Positions 29,896 through 40,087 of a stretch of 64,000 bases of DNA are shown here, in pieces. How positions within the stretch are numbered: the first letter of the stretch is position 1; the number at the start of each line of letters is the position of its first letter. This DNA is from an uncultured Spirochaetota bacterium. GTDB lineage: Bacteria > Spirochaetota > Spirochaetia > SZUA-6 > Fen-1364. The notes under the pieces were generated by a model. It did not search any database, had not been told where the DNA came from, and saw only the letters and a program-made list of their open reading frames with translations. The DNA lies in NCBI GenBank assembly GCA_963745235.1, contig CAVUXE010000009.1, positions 160,001-224,000 on the forward strand. Reading direction: 5' to 3'. Made by a program: the position numbers and the translations under genes.

Positions 29896-31136
29896 GGCGC
29901 CGTTCCGGTCACCCTGTCGATCTGCGTCTGCGCTTCCCGCAGGGCCTCAGCCGCCGGGACCTGGCCGCGCAGGGCTTGCGAGATCCAGTGCTGCAGGATT
30001 GCGCTGATCTGCCGGTAGCGCGGATGCACGGGCCTGTACTGGAGGCCGGCAATCTGTCTCTGCTTGATGGACAGGAAGGGGTCCTCTCTCTGCGCTTCCT
30101 CCCGGCCCCAGACTTCTTTCCACACCGGCATGAACTCCAGGTGCCGGGACTGGAAGTCAGGGGAGGCAAGGTACTGGGCGAACTTCCAGGCGGCAGCCTT
30201 GTGAGCGGAGCCGCTGAGCACGGTGAGTCCCTCGAATCCGCAGATGCTGGAGGTGGCCTTCCCGTCACGGGAAACAGACTGGGACACCGGTATGGGGCTC
30301 ACGCGCCAGTCCTTCACTCCCGGCTGGTCATTCTTCATCAAGAGGCGGATCTGGAAGCCCCAGTTCGTGGTGAACATGCAGTCCCCCGCAAGGAAGACTT
30401 CGGAGACGAAGTTTTCCTCCGACTCCAGCGAGTAGGGGCTTGCGAGCCCCTCACCGAGGAGGCCAATCATGAACCCCAGCGCCCGCAGGGCCGGCGGGCT
30501 GTCGCAGTGGATTCTCCCAGCCCCATCCACCAGAGACCCGCCGAAGGCCCCGACGAGCCAGGTGAACTCGCAGGTGAGCACCTCCTGCTGCCGCCAGGAA
30601 TCGAAGAAGGGGTATTTCACCACTCCCGCGGCCTTGGCCCGGCGCGCCAGGCGAACCAGCTCTTCCAGCGTTCGCGGCGGGTCGCGCGCGCCGATGCGTT
30701 TCATGTCGTCCATGTTCGTGTAGAGCATCTGGAAGTCGATGTGGAACGGGACTGCCCACAATCGGTCCCGCCAGGTGAAGGCGGAATAGATCTGGGGCAC
30801 AATGCCGTCCCGCACCTGCTTGTCCACGCCCTGCGGCAGGGGATCGATGATTCCCTTTTCAGCGAAATCCGCCACCCAGATCAGGTCAACCAGGATCACA
30901 TCCAGGTCCGGGACGGTCCGCGCGGCGGATTCCAGGATCAGGTTGTAGCGGTCCTCGTACTCCACGAACACGGGGCTCACCCGGATGCCCGTTGCCTGGT
31001 GGAAGGATTCCGCCCGCTCCACGATGTCCCCCAGGTCGTAGCCGGACTGCTTCATGTAAAGGAACCGTATCTGCTGTCCAGACAGGGGGAACGCGAGAGC
31101 GATGAGGAGGAGGGAGGCGGCCGGGATCTTTCTCAC
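29892..31136 (-). CDS. Extracellular solute-binding protein, probable sensory partner of the kinase
   Basis: SBP family 1 motifs; overlaps the kinase start; paralogous to the downstream transporter SBP (YMKQSGY vs FMKQAGY). Confidence 0.85.
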   Translation of the reverse strand: MRKIPAASLLLIALAFPLSGQQIRFLYMKQSGYDLGDIVERAESFHQATGIRVSPVFVEYEDRYNLILESAARTVPDLDVILVDLIWVADFAEKGIIDPLPQGVDKQVRDGIVPQIYSAFTWRDRLWAVPFHIDFQMLYTNMDDMKRIGARDPPRTLEELVRLARRAKAAGVVKYPFFDSWRQQEVLTCEFTWLVGAFGGSLVDGAGRIHCDSPPALRALGFMIGLLGEGLASPYSLESEENFVSEVFLAGDCMFTTNWGFQIRLLMKNDQPGVKDWRVSPIPVSQSVSRDGKATSSICGFEGLTVLSGSAHKAAAWKFAQYLASPDFQSRHLEFMPVWKEVWGREEAQREDPFLSIKQRQIAGLQYRPVHPRYRQISAILQHWISQALRGQVPAAEALREAQTQIDRVTGTAP

Positions 31137-31212
31137 TGAAAGGACAGTCTACGTCCGCCCGCGCGAGCTGTCAAACATTCTTGACCACCGACGGCAATTT
31201 CCGTAGGCTCCC

Positions 31213-31848
31213 TTGCTTGTGGAACCCTTCGATGTCTCTCTGGAAGCTGCCGCTCTTGTCGTGGTGGACATGCAGAACGATTTCGTTCGCGTCGGGGCGC
31301 CGCTGGAGGTTCCCGACACGCGGATCACAATCGCGCCCATCCAGCGGGTGCTGGAACGGTTCCGCCAGGCGGGGAGGCCTGTCGTCTTTACCCGTTTCAT
31401 CGCAACTCCGCGTGAGACGCTGCTGTGGAAGTGGTCTCCGCAGATCTACCCCCCGACCAACTGCTGCCACAGGGGCTTCCGCCGGAGGTATGCGGATATC
31501 CCCTCGGAGCGGGAGTGCATCGCAATCATCGACGAGCTTTCCCCCCGACCGAACGAGTATGTCGTTGACAAGTTCGGCTATGGCGGCTTTTTCCGGACCA
31601 ACCTGGAGGATATCCTGCGCGCGGAGCGGGTGGACACCGCGGCGGTCTGCGGCACGGTGACCCAGATCTGCGTGGAGGAAACGGCTCGAGAGTCTTTCCA
31701 CCTCGGCTTCAAGACCATAGTCCTCTCCGACACCGTGTCCTCTTTCGATCCCGAGCTGCAGCACGCCACGCTGAGGAACTTCGAGATGAAGTTCGGAATG
31801 GTCATGGACTCTTCCCGGTTCCTGGAGCTCACCGCCGCCCGGGATTGA
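31213..31848 (+). CDS. Isochorismatase-family cysteine hydrolase
   Basis: VVDMQNDF, DKFGYGGF and TQICVEETAR provide the D-K-C triad. Confidence 0.9.
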   Translation: MLVEPFDVSLEAAALVVVDMQNDFVRVGAPLEVPDTRITIAPIQRVLERFRQAGRPVVFTRFIATPRETLLWKWSPQIYPPTNCCHRGFRRRYADIPSERECIAIIDELSPRPNEYVVDKFGYGGFFRTNLEDILRAERVDTAAVCGTVTQICVEETARESFHLGFKTIVLSDTVSSFDPELQHATLRNFEMKFGMVMDSSRFLELTAARD

Positions 31849-31913
31849 CCGGCTTCAGAGCTTGCGGATCTCATGCGGGCATGAGGTCGGCGGCCGTCAC
31901 CTGCGGGTCGTGC

Positions 31914-32681
31914 TTATCGCACCCGCCCGATCAACCGAAGAAGGCCGTCCAGCAGCGTCAGCGGGTGCGGCGGACATCCCGGGACGAACAGGTCTACGGG
32001 CAGAACTCCTGCAACACCGTTGTACACTTCCGGCAAGTCGATATAAGGTCCGCCTGAAATTGCGCACGCGCCGGAGGCGATGAGGATTTTCGGCTCAGGC
32101 ACGGCCTCCCAGGTCTTTTCGAGCGCCAGCCTCATGTTTTTCGTCACGGGCCCCGTCACGAGCAGTCCGTCAGCGTGGCGAGGGGAAGCGACGAACTGGA
32201 TGCCGAACCTCCCCATGTCCCATCCCACCGTGGTGAGGACATTCGCATCAGCTTCGCAGCCGCTGCACCCTCCCGCGCTCACCTGGCGGAGCCGCAGCGA
32301 CCTTCCCAGCAGGCGCTCGAGATCCCGGCCGAGGGACTCAGCAAGCCTCAGCTTCCGGCCATCCCCGATCAGGAGATCGCGACGCTCGCGCGCGGCAAGT
32401 CGGTAGTCGTTTGTGAAGGAAACCGCGCCGCGCTTGCAGGCCGCCTCGCATTCTCCGCAGAACAGGCACTTGCCCAGGTCGAGCTTCAATCCCGTTCTGC
32501 TGGTGAAAGAGAGGGCTCCCGTCGGGCAGGCTGCAACGCATTCCGAGCAGCCGTCCACGCACCGCGAGGAGTCCAGGACGGGCAGCCCTCGAAAGCGCGC
32601 CGGGAGGGCAGGAGGCTCTCCCCTGGGGAACCGCATGGTTCGATATTTCTGGCGAAATCTCTCTCTGATGATCCGCAACAT
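31914..32681 (-). CDS. Ehr/hydrogenase-4 small subunit: 2x[4Fe-4S] ferredoxin fused to a NuoB/HycG-like domain
   Basis: CVDGCSECVAACP, CLFCGECEAAC, GCSGCE, SPRHAD, GAC and PGCPP. Confidence 0.88.
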   Translation of the reverse strand: MLRIIRERFRQKYRTMRFPRGEPPALPARFRGLPVLDSSRCVDGCSECVAACPTGALSFTSRTGLKLDLGKCLFCGECEAACKRGAVSFTNDYRLAARERRDLLIGDGRKLRLAESLGRDLERLLGRSLRLRQVSAGGCSGCEADANVLTTVGWDMGRFGIQFVASPRHADGLLVTGPVTKNMRLALEKTWEAVPEPKILIASGACAISGGPYIDLPEVYNGVAGVLPVDLFVPGCPPHPLTLLDGLLRLIGRVR

Positions 32682-32696
32682 ATCCTTGTCCCTGGC

Positions 32697-34225
32697 CTAC
32701 AGATCGTGGCCGCAGTACGAAAGGTTGAAGCTCTTGTTGCACAGCGGAAAGTCCGATATGGGCTGCCCGCGCATTGCCAATGCAAGGCCGAACCAGTTCC
32801 TGAAAGACGGGTCAATCACCTTGTACCGGCCGAACCTGCCTTCGCTGTCGGTGATGATGACGTGGCAGATTGCGCCTCGCCATCCTTCCACGAGGCTCAC
32901 CCCCAGGGCCCCGCGGGCGGGCCGGGGAGCTGGAGGCGGATGTCGCCTGCGGGCAGCGAGCCCAGCTGGTCCTCGATGAAGGCGAATGACCTCTGCACTT
33001 CCAGCCACCGAACGTACGCCCGGGCAAAGACATCCCCCGTGCGCCACGTGGAGACCGGGACGTGTGAGAAGCGCCAGATGCCGGAGGGCAGGTCGGAGCG
33101 GCAGTCCCGGTCCACGCCGCAGGCGCGCGCGGCGGGCCCGGTGAGACCGATCTCCAGCGCGGTCCGGGGGCTGAGAGCGCCCGTGCCTTCGAACCGGGCA
33201 AGGACGGAGGGCGTGGTCCACAGGAGCCCGCAGGCGCCGGCGGCGTCGCGCGCGCCTGCGCGGATGCGGTCTTTCAGCTCGCCGACCATCCTGTCATCCA
33301 CATCGAATGCCACGCCGCCCGGCCTGCGCCAGTCCCCTGCCGAACCTGCTCCCGCAGATGAGCGCGCTCATGTTCAGCACGTCGCCGCGGATGCGTCCGC
33401 ACCAGGATGAGGTGGGAAGGAACCCGACGTCCCCCGCAAGCGCTCCGAGGTCCCCCACGTGGTTGGCAATGCGTTCCAGCTCCAGCGCGATTGCCCGCAA
33501 GGCCTGCGCGCGCGGCGGGGCCTCACGGCCGCAGAGGGCTTCCATCGCTTCACAGTGCGCGGTGGCGTGGCCCACCGTGGTGTCCCCGGCAAGGGTCTCC
33601 GCGTAATGGATGGACCTCTTGTCGGGTCCGCCAAGAAGCGCCTGCTCGACCCCCCGATGCTGGTAGCCCAGGGAGATCTCCAGGTGCAGGACGGTCTCAC
33701 CGTGGCACTGGAACCGGAAGTGGCCCGGCTCGATTACACCCGCGTGAACAGGGCCCACGGCCACTTCGTGGACTTCCTCCCCCTCCACCCGAAAGAACTG
33801 TGCGTCCCCCGGCTGCGTCCGGCCCGGGCAGCCGCGGCTTCCCGGGCCCCGGACATCGCGGGGGAGAACCTGAGCGGTTTCAGCCAGGGGTGGCCGGGCA
33901 CCGCCAGGTTCCACTGCTCCGCAATCTCCCTCTCGAAGAGGTGGGCCGATGGGCACTCCGGCGTGATGGACGGCCAGGAATCCGTGAGCCGCGCGGAAAG
34001 GGCGCGAAGCGCTCCCTGGGAATGATCGATGAGGACCGCAAACAGTTGAAAGCCGCCGGCGCTCCGTGTCGCGCCGGCGGACGGCTCGGCGAAGAGCGCG
34101 GCAATCTCCGCTCCCTCCTTCACGGCGCCAATCACCCGCTGCCGCAGCTCTTCCACGGGAAGCACGGGGACGCGGGAAACAGGAACGCTTTCTCCGTTGT
34201 GAATGGGGATGGCCGTGGTCTTCAC
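32697..34225 (-). CDS. Ehr large subunit (NuoC+NuoD/HycE-like, lacking Ni ligands), several frameshifts
   Basis: FEREIAEQW...GHPWLKP, VGPVHAGVIEPGHFRF, LGYQHRG, VEGWRG and NKSFNLSYCGHDL spread over four ORFs; no CxxC Ni motifs. Confidence 0.85.
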
Positions 34226-34226
34226 T

Positions 34227-35684
34227 CTAGACCCCCAGGAGCATCACGGCGCGCCACAGCGCCCGGTCAAGGAAGCCGGGGATGAAGATTCCCAGAGCCG
34301 CGGAGGCCGCAAGGAGAGAGAGCGGTGCGACAAGGCTGAGGGCGGGCTCGGGGGCGCGCTCGACCGACTGAGCCCCCTGCGCCGTGCGCACCAGGACGGT
34401 TATCATTCCGGCGAACACGGCGGCCAGGAGAAGAGAAAAAACGACAACGACCGCCCATGACCCCGACTCAACGGCGGCCCGGAGGATCGCGAGCTCGCTG
34501 GCGAACGCTCCGAAGGGTGGAGCACCCAGGATGGCAAAGAAGCCTGCCACCCAGAGGGCTGCGGTCACGGGGACCGCGCGCAGGGCTCCGCGCACATCTG
34601 CGATCCTCTTGGTGCCATACACCGCGAGTATGTTGCCCGCCAGGAGAAAGAGGGATGCCTTGATGAGGGAGTGGTTTACCGCGTGAAAGAGGGCTGCCCA
34701 GTCTCCCAGGCCGCCGAGCCCCACCCCCACAGCCAGGATCCCCATGTGCTCCACGCTGGAGTAGGCGAGCATGCGCTTGTAGTCGGGCTGGCCGATGATG
34801 AGCCCCGCGGCCACGGCCATGGAGACAAGCCCGAAGACCAGGATGGTGTGCCGGCCGAACTGTCCAAGGCCGGCGGCAGCCGTCACGGAAAGGATGCGCA
34901 GGATGGCCAGAAAGGCGCAGTTCAGGAGAGCTCCAGAGAGGAGGGCGGAGACAACGGACGGCGCTTCGCTGTGAGCGTCCGGAAGCCACGTGTGCATGGG
35001 AGCAAGTCCCATTTTCGTTCCATATCCAACAAGCAGGAGGAGGAAGCCGGCCTTGAGCCACCGGGTGTCCAGCCGGGAGGCGTTCGCCACCAGGCTGCTC
35101 AGCGTCATTGAGGTGAGCCCTCCCGCGGGAATGGACGCGGCGAGGAAGTAGGTGCCCAGAAGCGCGAAGGCGATTCCCACCGAGCAGACCAGCAGGTATT
35201 TCCAGGTCGCCTCCAGGGACCGGTGGTGGCGATGGTAGTGGATGAGCGGGGCGCTTGCCAGCGTCGTCCCTTCGATGGCGACCCACAGGAGGCCGAAGTG
35301 CTGGCTCGTGGTGACAAGCGTCATGGTGGAGAGAAACCCCAGCAGGCACGCGGTGAACAGCGCTTCCGGGGTGTTGTCGAAAAGGAACCCTTCCTCGGGG
35401 TCGGCGCGCGTCGTGCCGCTTTCCCTCTTGAGAAAGCTCACGGCTGAAAGGGAAACAGCAAGGAAGAGAAGGCTCGTGATTCCGAGGAATACCTGTCCGA
35501 GGGCGTCCACCGCAAGCCACGCTCCCAGGGGCGGGAACCAGGCGGGATCTATCCACAGCCAGCAGACCAGCGCGGCGTGTGCCGCGGACACAGAGACCAG
35601 GAGCACGCGGCGAACCCGGTCCGAGCGGATGAGGTACGCGGAGACGGCGGCACAGGCGGGCAGCAGCACGAGGATGAGGATCAT
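34227..35684 (-). CDS. hyfF: HyfF-like antiporter membrane subunit
   Basis: SLEATWKY, GYGTKMGLAPMHTWLPDAHSEAP and KRMLAYSS. Confidence 0.88.
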   Translation of the reverse strand: MILILVLLPACAAVSAYLIRSDRVRRVLLVSVSAAHAALVCWLWIDPAWFPPLGAWLAVDALGQVFLGITSLLFLAVSLSAVSFLKRESGTTRADPEEGFLFDNTPEALFTACLLGFLSTMTLVTTSQHFGLLWVAIEGTTLASAPLIHYHRHHRSLEATWKYLLVCSVGIAFALLGTYFLAASIPAGGLTSMTLSSLVANASRLDTRWLKAGFLLLLVGYGTKMGLAPMHTWLPDAHSEAPSVVSALLSGALLNCAFLAILRILSVTAAAGLGQFGRHTILVFGLVSMAVAAGLIIGQPDYKRMLAYSSVEHMGILAVGVGLGGLGDWAALFHAVNHSLIKASLFLLAGNILAVYGTKRIADVRGALRAVPVTAALWVAGFFAILGAPPFGAFASELAILRAAVESGSWAVVVVFSLLLAAVFAGMITVLVRTAQGAQSVERAPEPALSLVAPLSLLAASAALGIFIPGFLDRALWRAVMLLGV

Positions 35685-36334
35685 TGCGGTGTGTCCTTCA
35701 GGCTGGAGAGTCTTTCGGAATCGATGTGGTCGAACTCCCTGTTGATATGGAAGATCGTGATCCCCATGACGAAGACCGCCACGAACGCATCCAGCAGGGT
35801 CCCCATCTCCACCAGAAGCGGTTCCTGCTCCGCAAGGGCCATGCCGAAGGCGGCAATCCCGTTCTCCATGGCCAGGTACGCGAGGGCCTGCACGATGGCG
35901 GACCGCCTTCCCACGATCACGAACAGGCCGGTGAGAGCCGTGAACAGGGCGGCGGGGACGAGGAGCACCGGGGTGGCGCCGCCGGGGATGGGAAGGCGAA
36001 GACCCGTGTACAGGGAGACCGCCAGGAGCACGACGCCGATGAGGAGGGAAGCGGAGTATCCCACCAGGGGCTCCACTTCGCGCCGGGCGTCAACGGAGCG
36101 GACGGCGCGCAGGAGGAGGATCGGGAAGATGATTCCCTTGAGGCCGAGGCTCGCCCCCGCCTGGAGAAGCAGGCGCCAGAGCGGCGCGTCGATGCGGATG
36201 ACGAGGGGAAGAAGGCCCAGGAGCACGCCCTGCACGGACACGGCCGCGATGCAGGAGAGGAGACGGCTCGAGCCCAGGAGCCAGAGATTGGTGAGCACCA
36301 GGACCACCAGGAACCCTTCCACCCAGACTGTCAT
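35681..36334 (-). CDS. hyfE: HyfE-like membrane subunit
   Basis: YLAMENGI, PLLVEMG-LD and INREFD...LSSLKD. Confidence 0.85.
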   Translation of the reverse strand: MTVWVEGFLVVLVLTNLWLLGSSRLLSCIAAVSVQGVLLGLLPLVIRIDAPLWRLLLQAGASLGLKGIIFPILLLRAVRSVDARREVEPLVGYSASLLIGVVLLAVSLYTGLRLPIPGGATPVLLVPAALFTALTGLFVIVGRRSAIVQALAYLAMENGIAAFGMALAEQEPLLVEMGTLLDAFVAVFVMGITIFHINREFDHIDSERLSSLKDTPQ

Positions 36335-36339
36335 CTGCC

Positions 36340-37254
36340 TCACCTCACCAGGGAAAGCGCCAGGGCGAGCGCCGCCATTGCCCCTCCTGCCACCAGCAGC
36401 TGAGGCACGCGGGCCAGGCGCAGCCGGGCGATGAAGGACTCCACACGCCCGGTTGCAATTCCCACGCACAGCATCCCTCCCAGGCCGATGGCACAAGTCC
36501 GCCATCCACATGCCCGGTCCTCGGTCTCAGGATCCCCACGATCAGCCCGCCCAGCGCCCACAGCTTCAGCGTTGAGCCGTACTGGATATAGGCGAGGTCG
36601 ACGCCGCTGTGGTCCAGGACCATCACCTCGTGGATCATCGTGAGCTCCAGGTGCGTCGCCGGATCATCGACGGGGATCCGCGCGTTCTCGCTGAGAAAGA
36701 CGATGAAGACGGCTCCCGCTGCCAGGAGCACGGCGGCGCCTCGGCCTCCGCCGATCCCGGGGCCGGCGAGAACCGCGGCCAGAGAAAGGCTCTGAGCCTT
36801 GCCGGCCAGGGAGGCAAGCGCGAGCAGCAGCGCGGGCTCGGCAAGCGCTGAGAACCACGCCTCCCTGCTTGCCCCCATGCCCTCGAAAGCCGAGCCGGTG
36901 TCCAGGGCGGAAAGGATGGTGAGAAACCGCATGAGCCCGAAAAGGCCGGCAAAGAGGATGAGATCTCCTTCGAAGGAAAGAAGGCTGGCGTCCGCCCCCC
37001 AGGGGAGAACGGCAAGTGCCACCATGGCCGCGGCGCATCCCAGGGCAGGGCCCGCGCGGAACACCCAGGTCGTGGTCCTGCTGTAGACCGAGCCTTTGAG
37101 GAGAAGCTTTGCGATGTCATGGTAGGCCTGGAGGAGGGGCTGTCCGCGCCTCCCCGCGACAACCGCCTTGACCCGGTTTGCAATGCCCGGCACCAGGGGA
37201 GCAAGGACAAGAGGAAAGCGCAAGCTGGAGCACTGAAATGCCCGCCGTGCCCAT
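36340..37254 (-). CDS. hyfC: HyfC/HycD (NuoH-like) membrane subunit, frameshifted near both ends
   Basis: GRRGQPLLQ-Y-DI-KLL, GSAFEGMGASRE and RIPVDDPATHLELTMIHE. Confidence 0.85.
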
Positions 37255-37256
37255 GC

Positions 37257-39299
37257 CTAGGACAACCTCCAGACCAGGACGGCAAGAAGGGCCGCGGCCA
37301 GGTACAGCACGTAGAGCTGAAGCCTGCCGTGCTGGAGCCACGCCATGCGGGAGAGCGCGGCGCCGGCCCCCTTGAAGACGGGACGGAAGAAGCGCTGCGC
37401 AAAGAGGTCAGGTGTTTCTGAGGCAAAGCTCGCCTCTTTCGGGAAAGGCTCCTCGATGGGGCGCCAGCGGCGCGTTGTCCGCAGGAGCGTGCCGAACATG
37501 CCGGTGAGCGGCTGCGCGAAGGAAGAGGAGGTGTACTGCATGCGGGCATCGGGCTTCACGTACCCGCAATCCCAGGTCCCGGACCGGATGACGGCACGGC
37601 CCCGCTGCAGGAGCACGCGGACAAGGGCCATGGCCCCGCTCAGCGCGGCAACACATAGGGCAGCCAGCACCACGCTTTGCAGCCCGGCCCGGGCGGGCCC
37701 GACAAGACCGGCCGCTGCCCCCGGCTCCAGGCCGGCCAGGACCCCAACCACGGGAGCAATGAGTGACAGCGCGTAAGGTCCCGCCAGCCCGATTGCGGCG
37801 CATGCCGCTGCCAGGAAAAGCACGGGAGCGACAAGAGAGACGCCGGCCTCCACCGCTTTCGCTGCTTCGGGAGCGCGCGGCTCGCCCAGGAAGGTGATAC
37901 CGAAGGCTTTTGTAAAGCACGCGGCAGCCAGGCCGCCAATCAGGGCAAGCGCGCCGACTACCACCGCTCCAGAGACGGCAAGAGGAATGCCGGGAAGGGC
38001 GAATCCGTGAAAGGCCCCCAGGAAAATCAGGAGCTCACTCACGAAGCCGTTCAAAGGCGGGAGCCCGCTGATTGCGGCGGCTCCAACCAGGAAGCCCAGG
38101 CCGGTGAGAGGCATTCGCCGCAGAAGCCCGCCCAGGCGGTCCATCTCCCGTGTGCCGGTGGCGTGCGTGGCGGCCCCTGCCCCCAGGAACAGAAGACCCT
38201 TGAAGATCGCGTGGTTGAGCACGTGCAGGAGCCCGCCCGCAAAGCCGAGGACCGCCACCACCGGCGCGTTGTAGCTCACGCCAAGGAGCCCGACGCCCAG
38301 GCCCAGGCAGATGATCCCGATGTTTTCCACGCTGTGATAGGCGAGCAGTCTCTTGATGTCGTGCTGGGCCAGCGCAAAGAGCACGCCCACGATCCCGGAG
38401 ACGGCCCCCACCGCAACCAGCGTCCACCCCCACCACGCCACGGGCGCTCCGAGAAATGTCAGTACCCGCAGGATCCCGTAGATCCCCGTCTTGATCATGA
38501 CACCGCTCATGAGAGCGCTCACGTGGGACGGAGCAGCGGGATGCGCCTCCGGCAGCCAGACGTGCAGCGGGACGATCCCGGCCTTCGTGCCGAAGCCGAC
38601 AAGGCTGAGAACAAAGACGATGCCGGAAACGGCGCCGATCCCCGTCCCTGATCCGGCTGCAAACCTGGCGAAGTCCAGCACCGCCCCCTGCTCCTGCCCC
38701 GCAGGGCTGGCCGCGGGAGCACCCGCGCTCCCTGCTGCGCCGAGGATCAGGAACATCACCATGAGGAAGGCGGTGCCGATCTGCGTTGCAACCAGGTAGG
38801 TGATGCCGGCCTGCCGGACTTCTTCTCGTTCGTGCTCGTGCGTCACAAGGAGCCATGAGGAAAGGGACATGATCTCCCAGGCCATGAGGAACAGCACCGC
38901 GTTGCGCGCAAGGACAACGAGCGCCATGCTTGCCGCAAGGACACAGAAAAAGAGCCACGAGGACCCGAGGCTCCTTTCGCGGGAGCCATGCCGCAGGGAG
39001 CCGAACCCGAACACCGCACAGACCGCGGAGAGGCCGTAGATGGGCAGCAGGAAGAAACCGCTCAGCGGATCGAACCCGATGGAAAACGATGCGCCGATTG
39101 ACGTGTTCCAGGGAAGGGAAACCGTCTCCCAGCGGGCATTCAGGAGCGCCGCAATGGTGATGCCCAGACCGATCAGGCTTGCACCAGTAGCTCCCGCCGC
39201 GCCAAGTGCGTGGGAAAGAGCTCCGCGCCGGCCGGCAAGCACGGCGCAGAATCCGACAACCACTAGGAGCGCGGGAGGCAGCAGAGACAGCGGAATCAA
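37257..39299 (-). CDS. hyfB: HyfB-like antiporter membrane subunit
   Basis: WEIMS, GFGTKAG-VPLHVWLPEAH, KRLLAYHSVENIG and TWDCGY. Confidence 0.9.
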   Translation of the reverse strand: MIPLSLLPPALLVVVGFCAVLAGRRGALSHALGAAGATGASLIGLGITIAALLNARWETVSLPWNTSIGASFSIGFDPLSGFFLLPIYGLSAVCAVFGFGSLRHGSRERSLGSSWLFFCVLAASMALVVLARNAVLFLMAWEIMSLSSWLLVTHEHEREEVRQAGITYLVATQIGTAFLMVMFLILGAAGSAGAPAASPAGQEQGAVLDFARFAAGSGTGIGAVSGIVFVLSLVGFGTKAGIVPLHVWLPEAHPAAPSHVSALMSGVMIKTGIYGILRVLTFLGAPVAWWGWTLVAVGAVSGIVGVLFALAQHDIKRLLAYHSVENIGIICLGLGVGLLGVSYNAPVVAVLGFAGGLLHVLNHAIFKGLLFLGAGAATHATGTREMDRLGGLLRRMPLTGLGFLVGAAAISGLPPLNGFVSELLIFLGAFHGFALPGIPLAVSGAVVVGALALIGGLAAACFTKAFGITFLGEPRAPEAAKAVEAGVSLVAPVLFLAAACAAIGLAGPYALSLIAPVVGVLAGLEPGAAAGLVGPARAGLQSVVLAALCVAALSGAMALVRVLLQRGRAVIRSGTWDCGYVKPDARMQYTSSSFAQPLTGMFGTLLRTTRRWRPIEEPFPKEASFASETPDLFAQRFFRPVFKGAGAALSRMAWLQHGRLQLYVLYLAAALLAVLVWRLS

Positions 39300-39300
39300 T

Positions 39301-40002
39301 TCACACCCCTCCCGACGCGGCTGATCGAGGAGCCGCCGCGAGGTCCACTGCCCCGGCGCCCGCCAGGAGAGCGTCCCGCGTGTGCTGTCCCTCCACGGGT
39401 CCGCGGAACTGGGCCATGCGGAGACCGTAGGTGAGCCGGGAAAGGAGGTGCAGGTGCGCGCGCACAGTGGGGCTCACGAGGGTGAAAAGCGTATGGACGG
39501 GCAGGCCGTCAATTGCCCCGAACTCGATGGGTGTCTCCAGGAAGCACAATGTGATCATGGGTCGTGGGATGTGAAGGACAATCGGGTTACGAACATGGGG
39601 GATGGCAATCCCGCCGCCGAATCCCGTCGACCCGAGGGATTCCCGCGCAAGGATCACGGAAAGCAGGAACTTCCTGTCCACCTCGTCCGGGAGCCTCATC
39701 AGCTCGACAACCGCAGCCAGCACCTCGGCCTTCGACATCCCGCCCACGCGGTAATGGATCCCGCCGGCCTTGATTGCCTGCTCCAGCCCCGGCAACGGCT
39801 CTTCTTCCCCGCCGCCGTCCCCGAAGATCTCCGGAGACACTCCGACCCTCTTCGCGGTTGCCCATTCAAGGAGCTCCGCTCGGTTGAAGCGGTACAGGTC
39901 GTTCACCCGGTAGGCGGGCAGGTCCCCCTTCTTGATCCAGCGGTAGACGGTTTTCTCGGATACTCCGAGGAGTCTCGCGGCTTCCTTGACGTCGATCTGC
40001 AT
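39301..40002 (-). CDS. Excisionase/BldC-like HTH fused to a PTS EIIA (Fru/Ntr) domain; first gene of the Ehr operon
   Basis: VKEAARLLGVSEKTVYRWIKKG HTH; RESLGSTG...IAIPH phospho-His motif. Confidence 0.88.
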   Translation of the reverse strand: MQIDVKEAARLLGVSEKTVYRWIKKGDLPAYRVNDLYRFNRAELLEWATAKRVGVSPEIFGDGGGEEEPLPGLEQAIKAGGIHYRVGGMSKAEVLAAVVELMRLPDEVDRKFLLSVILARESLGSTGFGGGIAIPHVRNPIVLHIPRPMITLCFLETPIEFGAIDGLPVHTLFTLVSPTVRAHLHLLSRLTYGLRMAQFRGPVEGQHTRDALLAGAGAVDLAAAPRSAASGGV

Positions 40003-40017
40003 TGTATGAGCTTTACG

Positions 40018-40072
40018 TGTCTCAAGTTGAGACAACGCAGGGATAATGTCCAAAGATGTCAGATCAAGTCAA
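40018..40072 (-). promoter_or_regulatory. Putative promoter/operator region of the Ehr operon
   Basis: Perfect inverted repeat TGTCTCAA-G-TTGAGACA (40018-40034); three 10-bp-phased GTC repeats (40041-40070); minus-strand TTGACT-N18-CATTAT. Confidence 0.5.
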
Positions 40073-40087
40073 GGGCCGAGAAGACGA

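Noticed and set aside
39860-40002. Excisionase-like HTH as a prophage marker
   Set aside because: It is fused to EIIA and sits in a metabolic operon with no phage genes.
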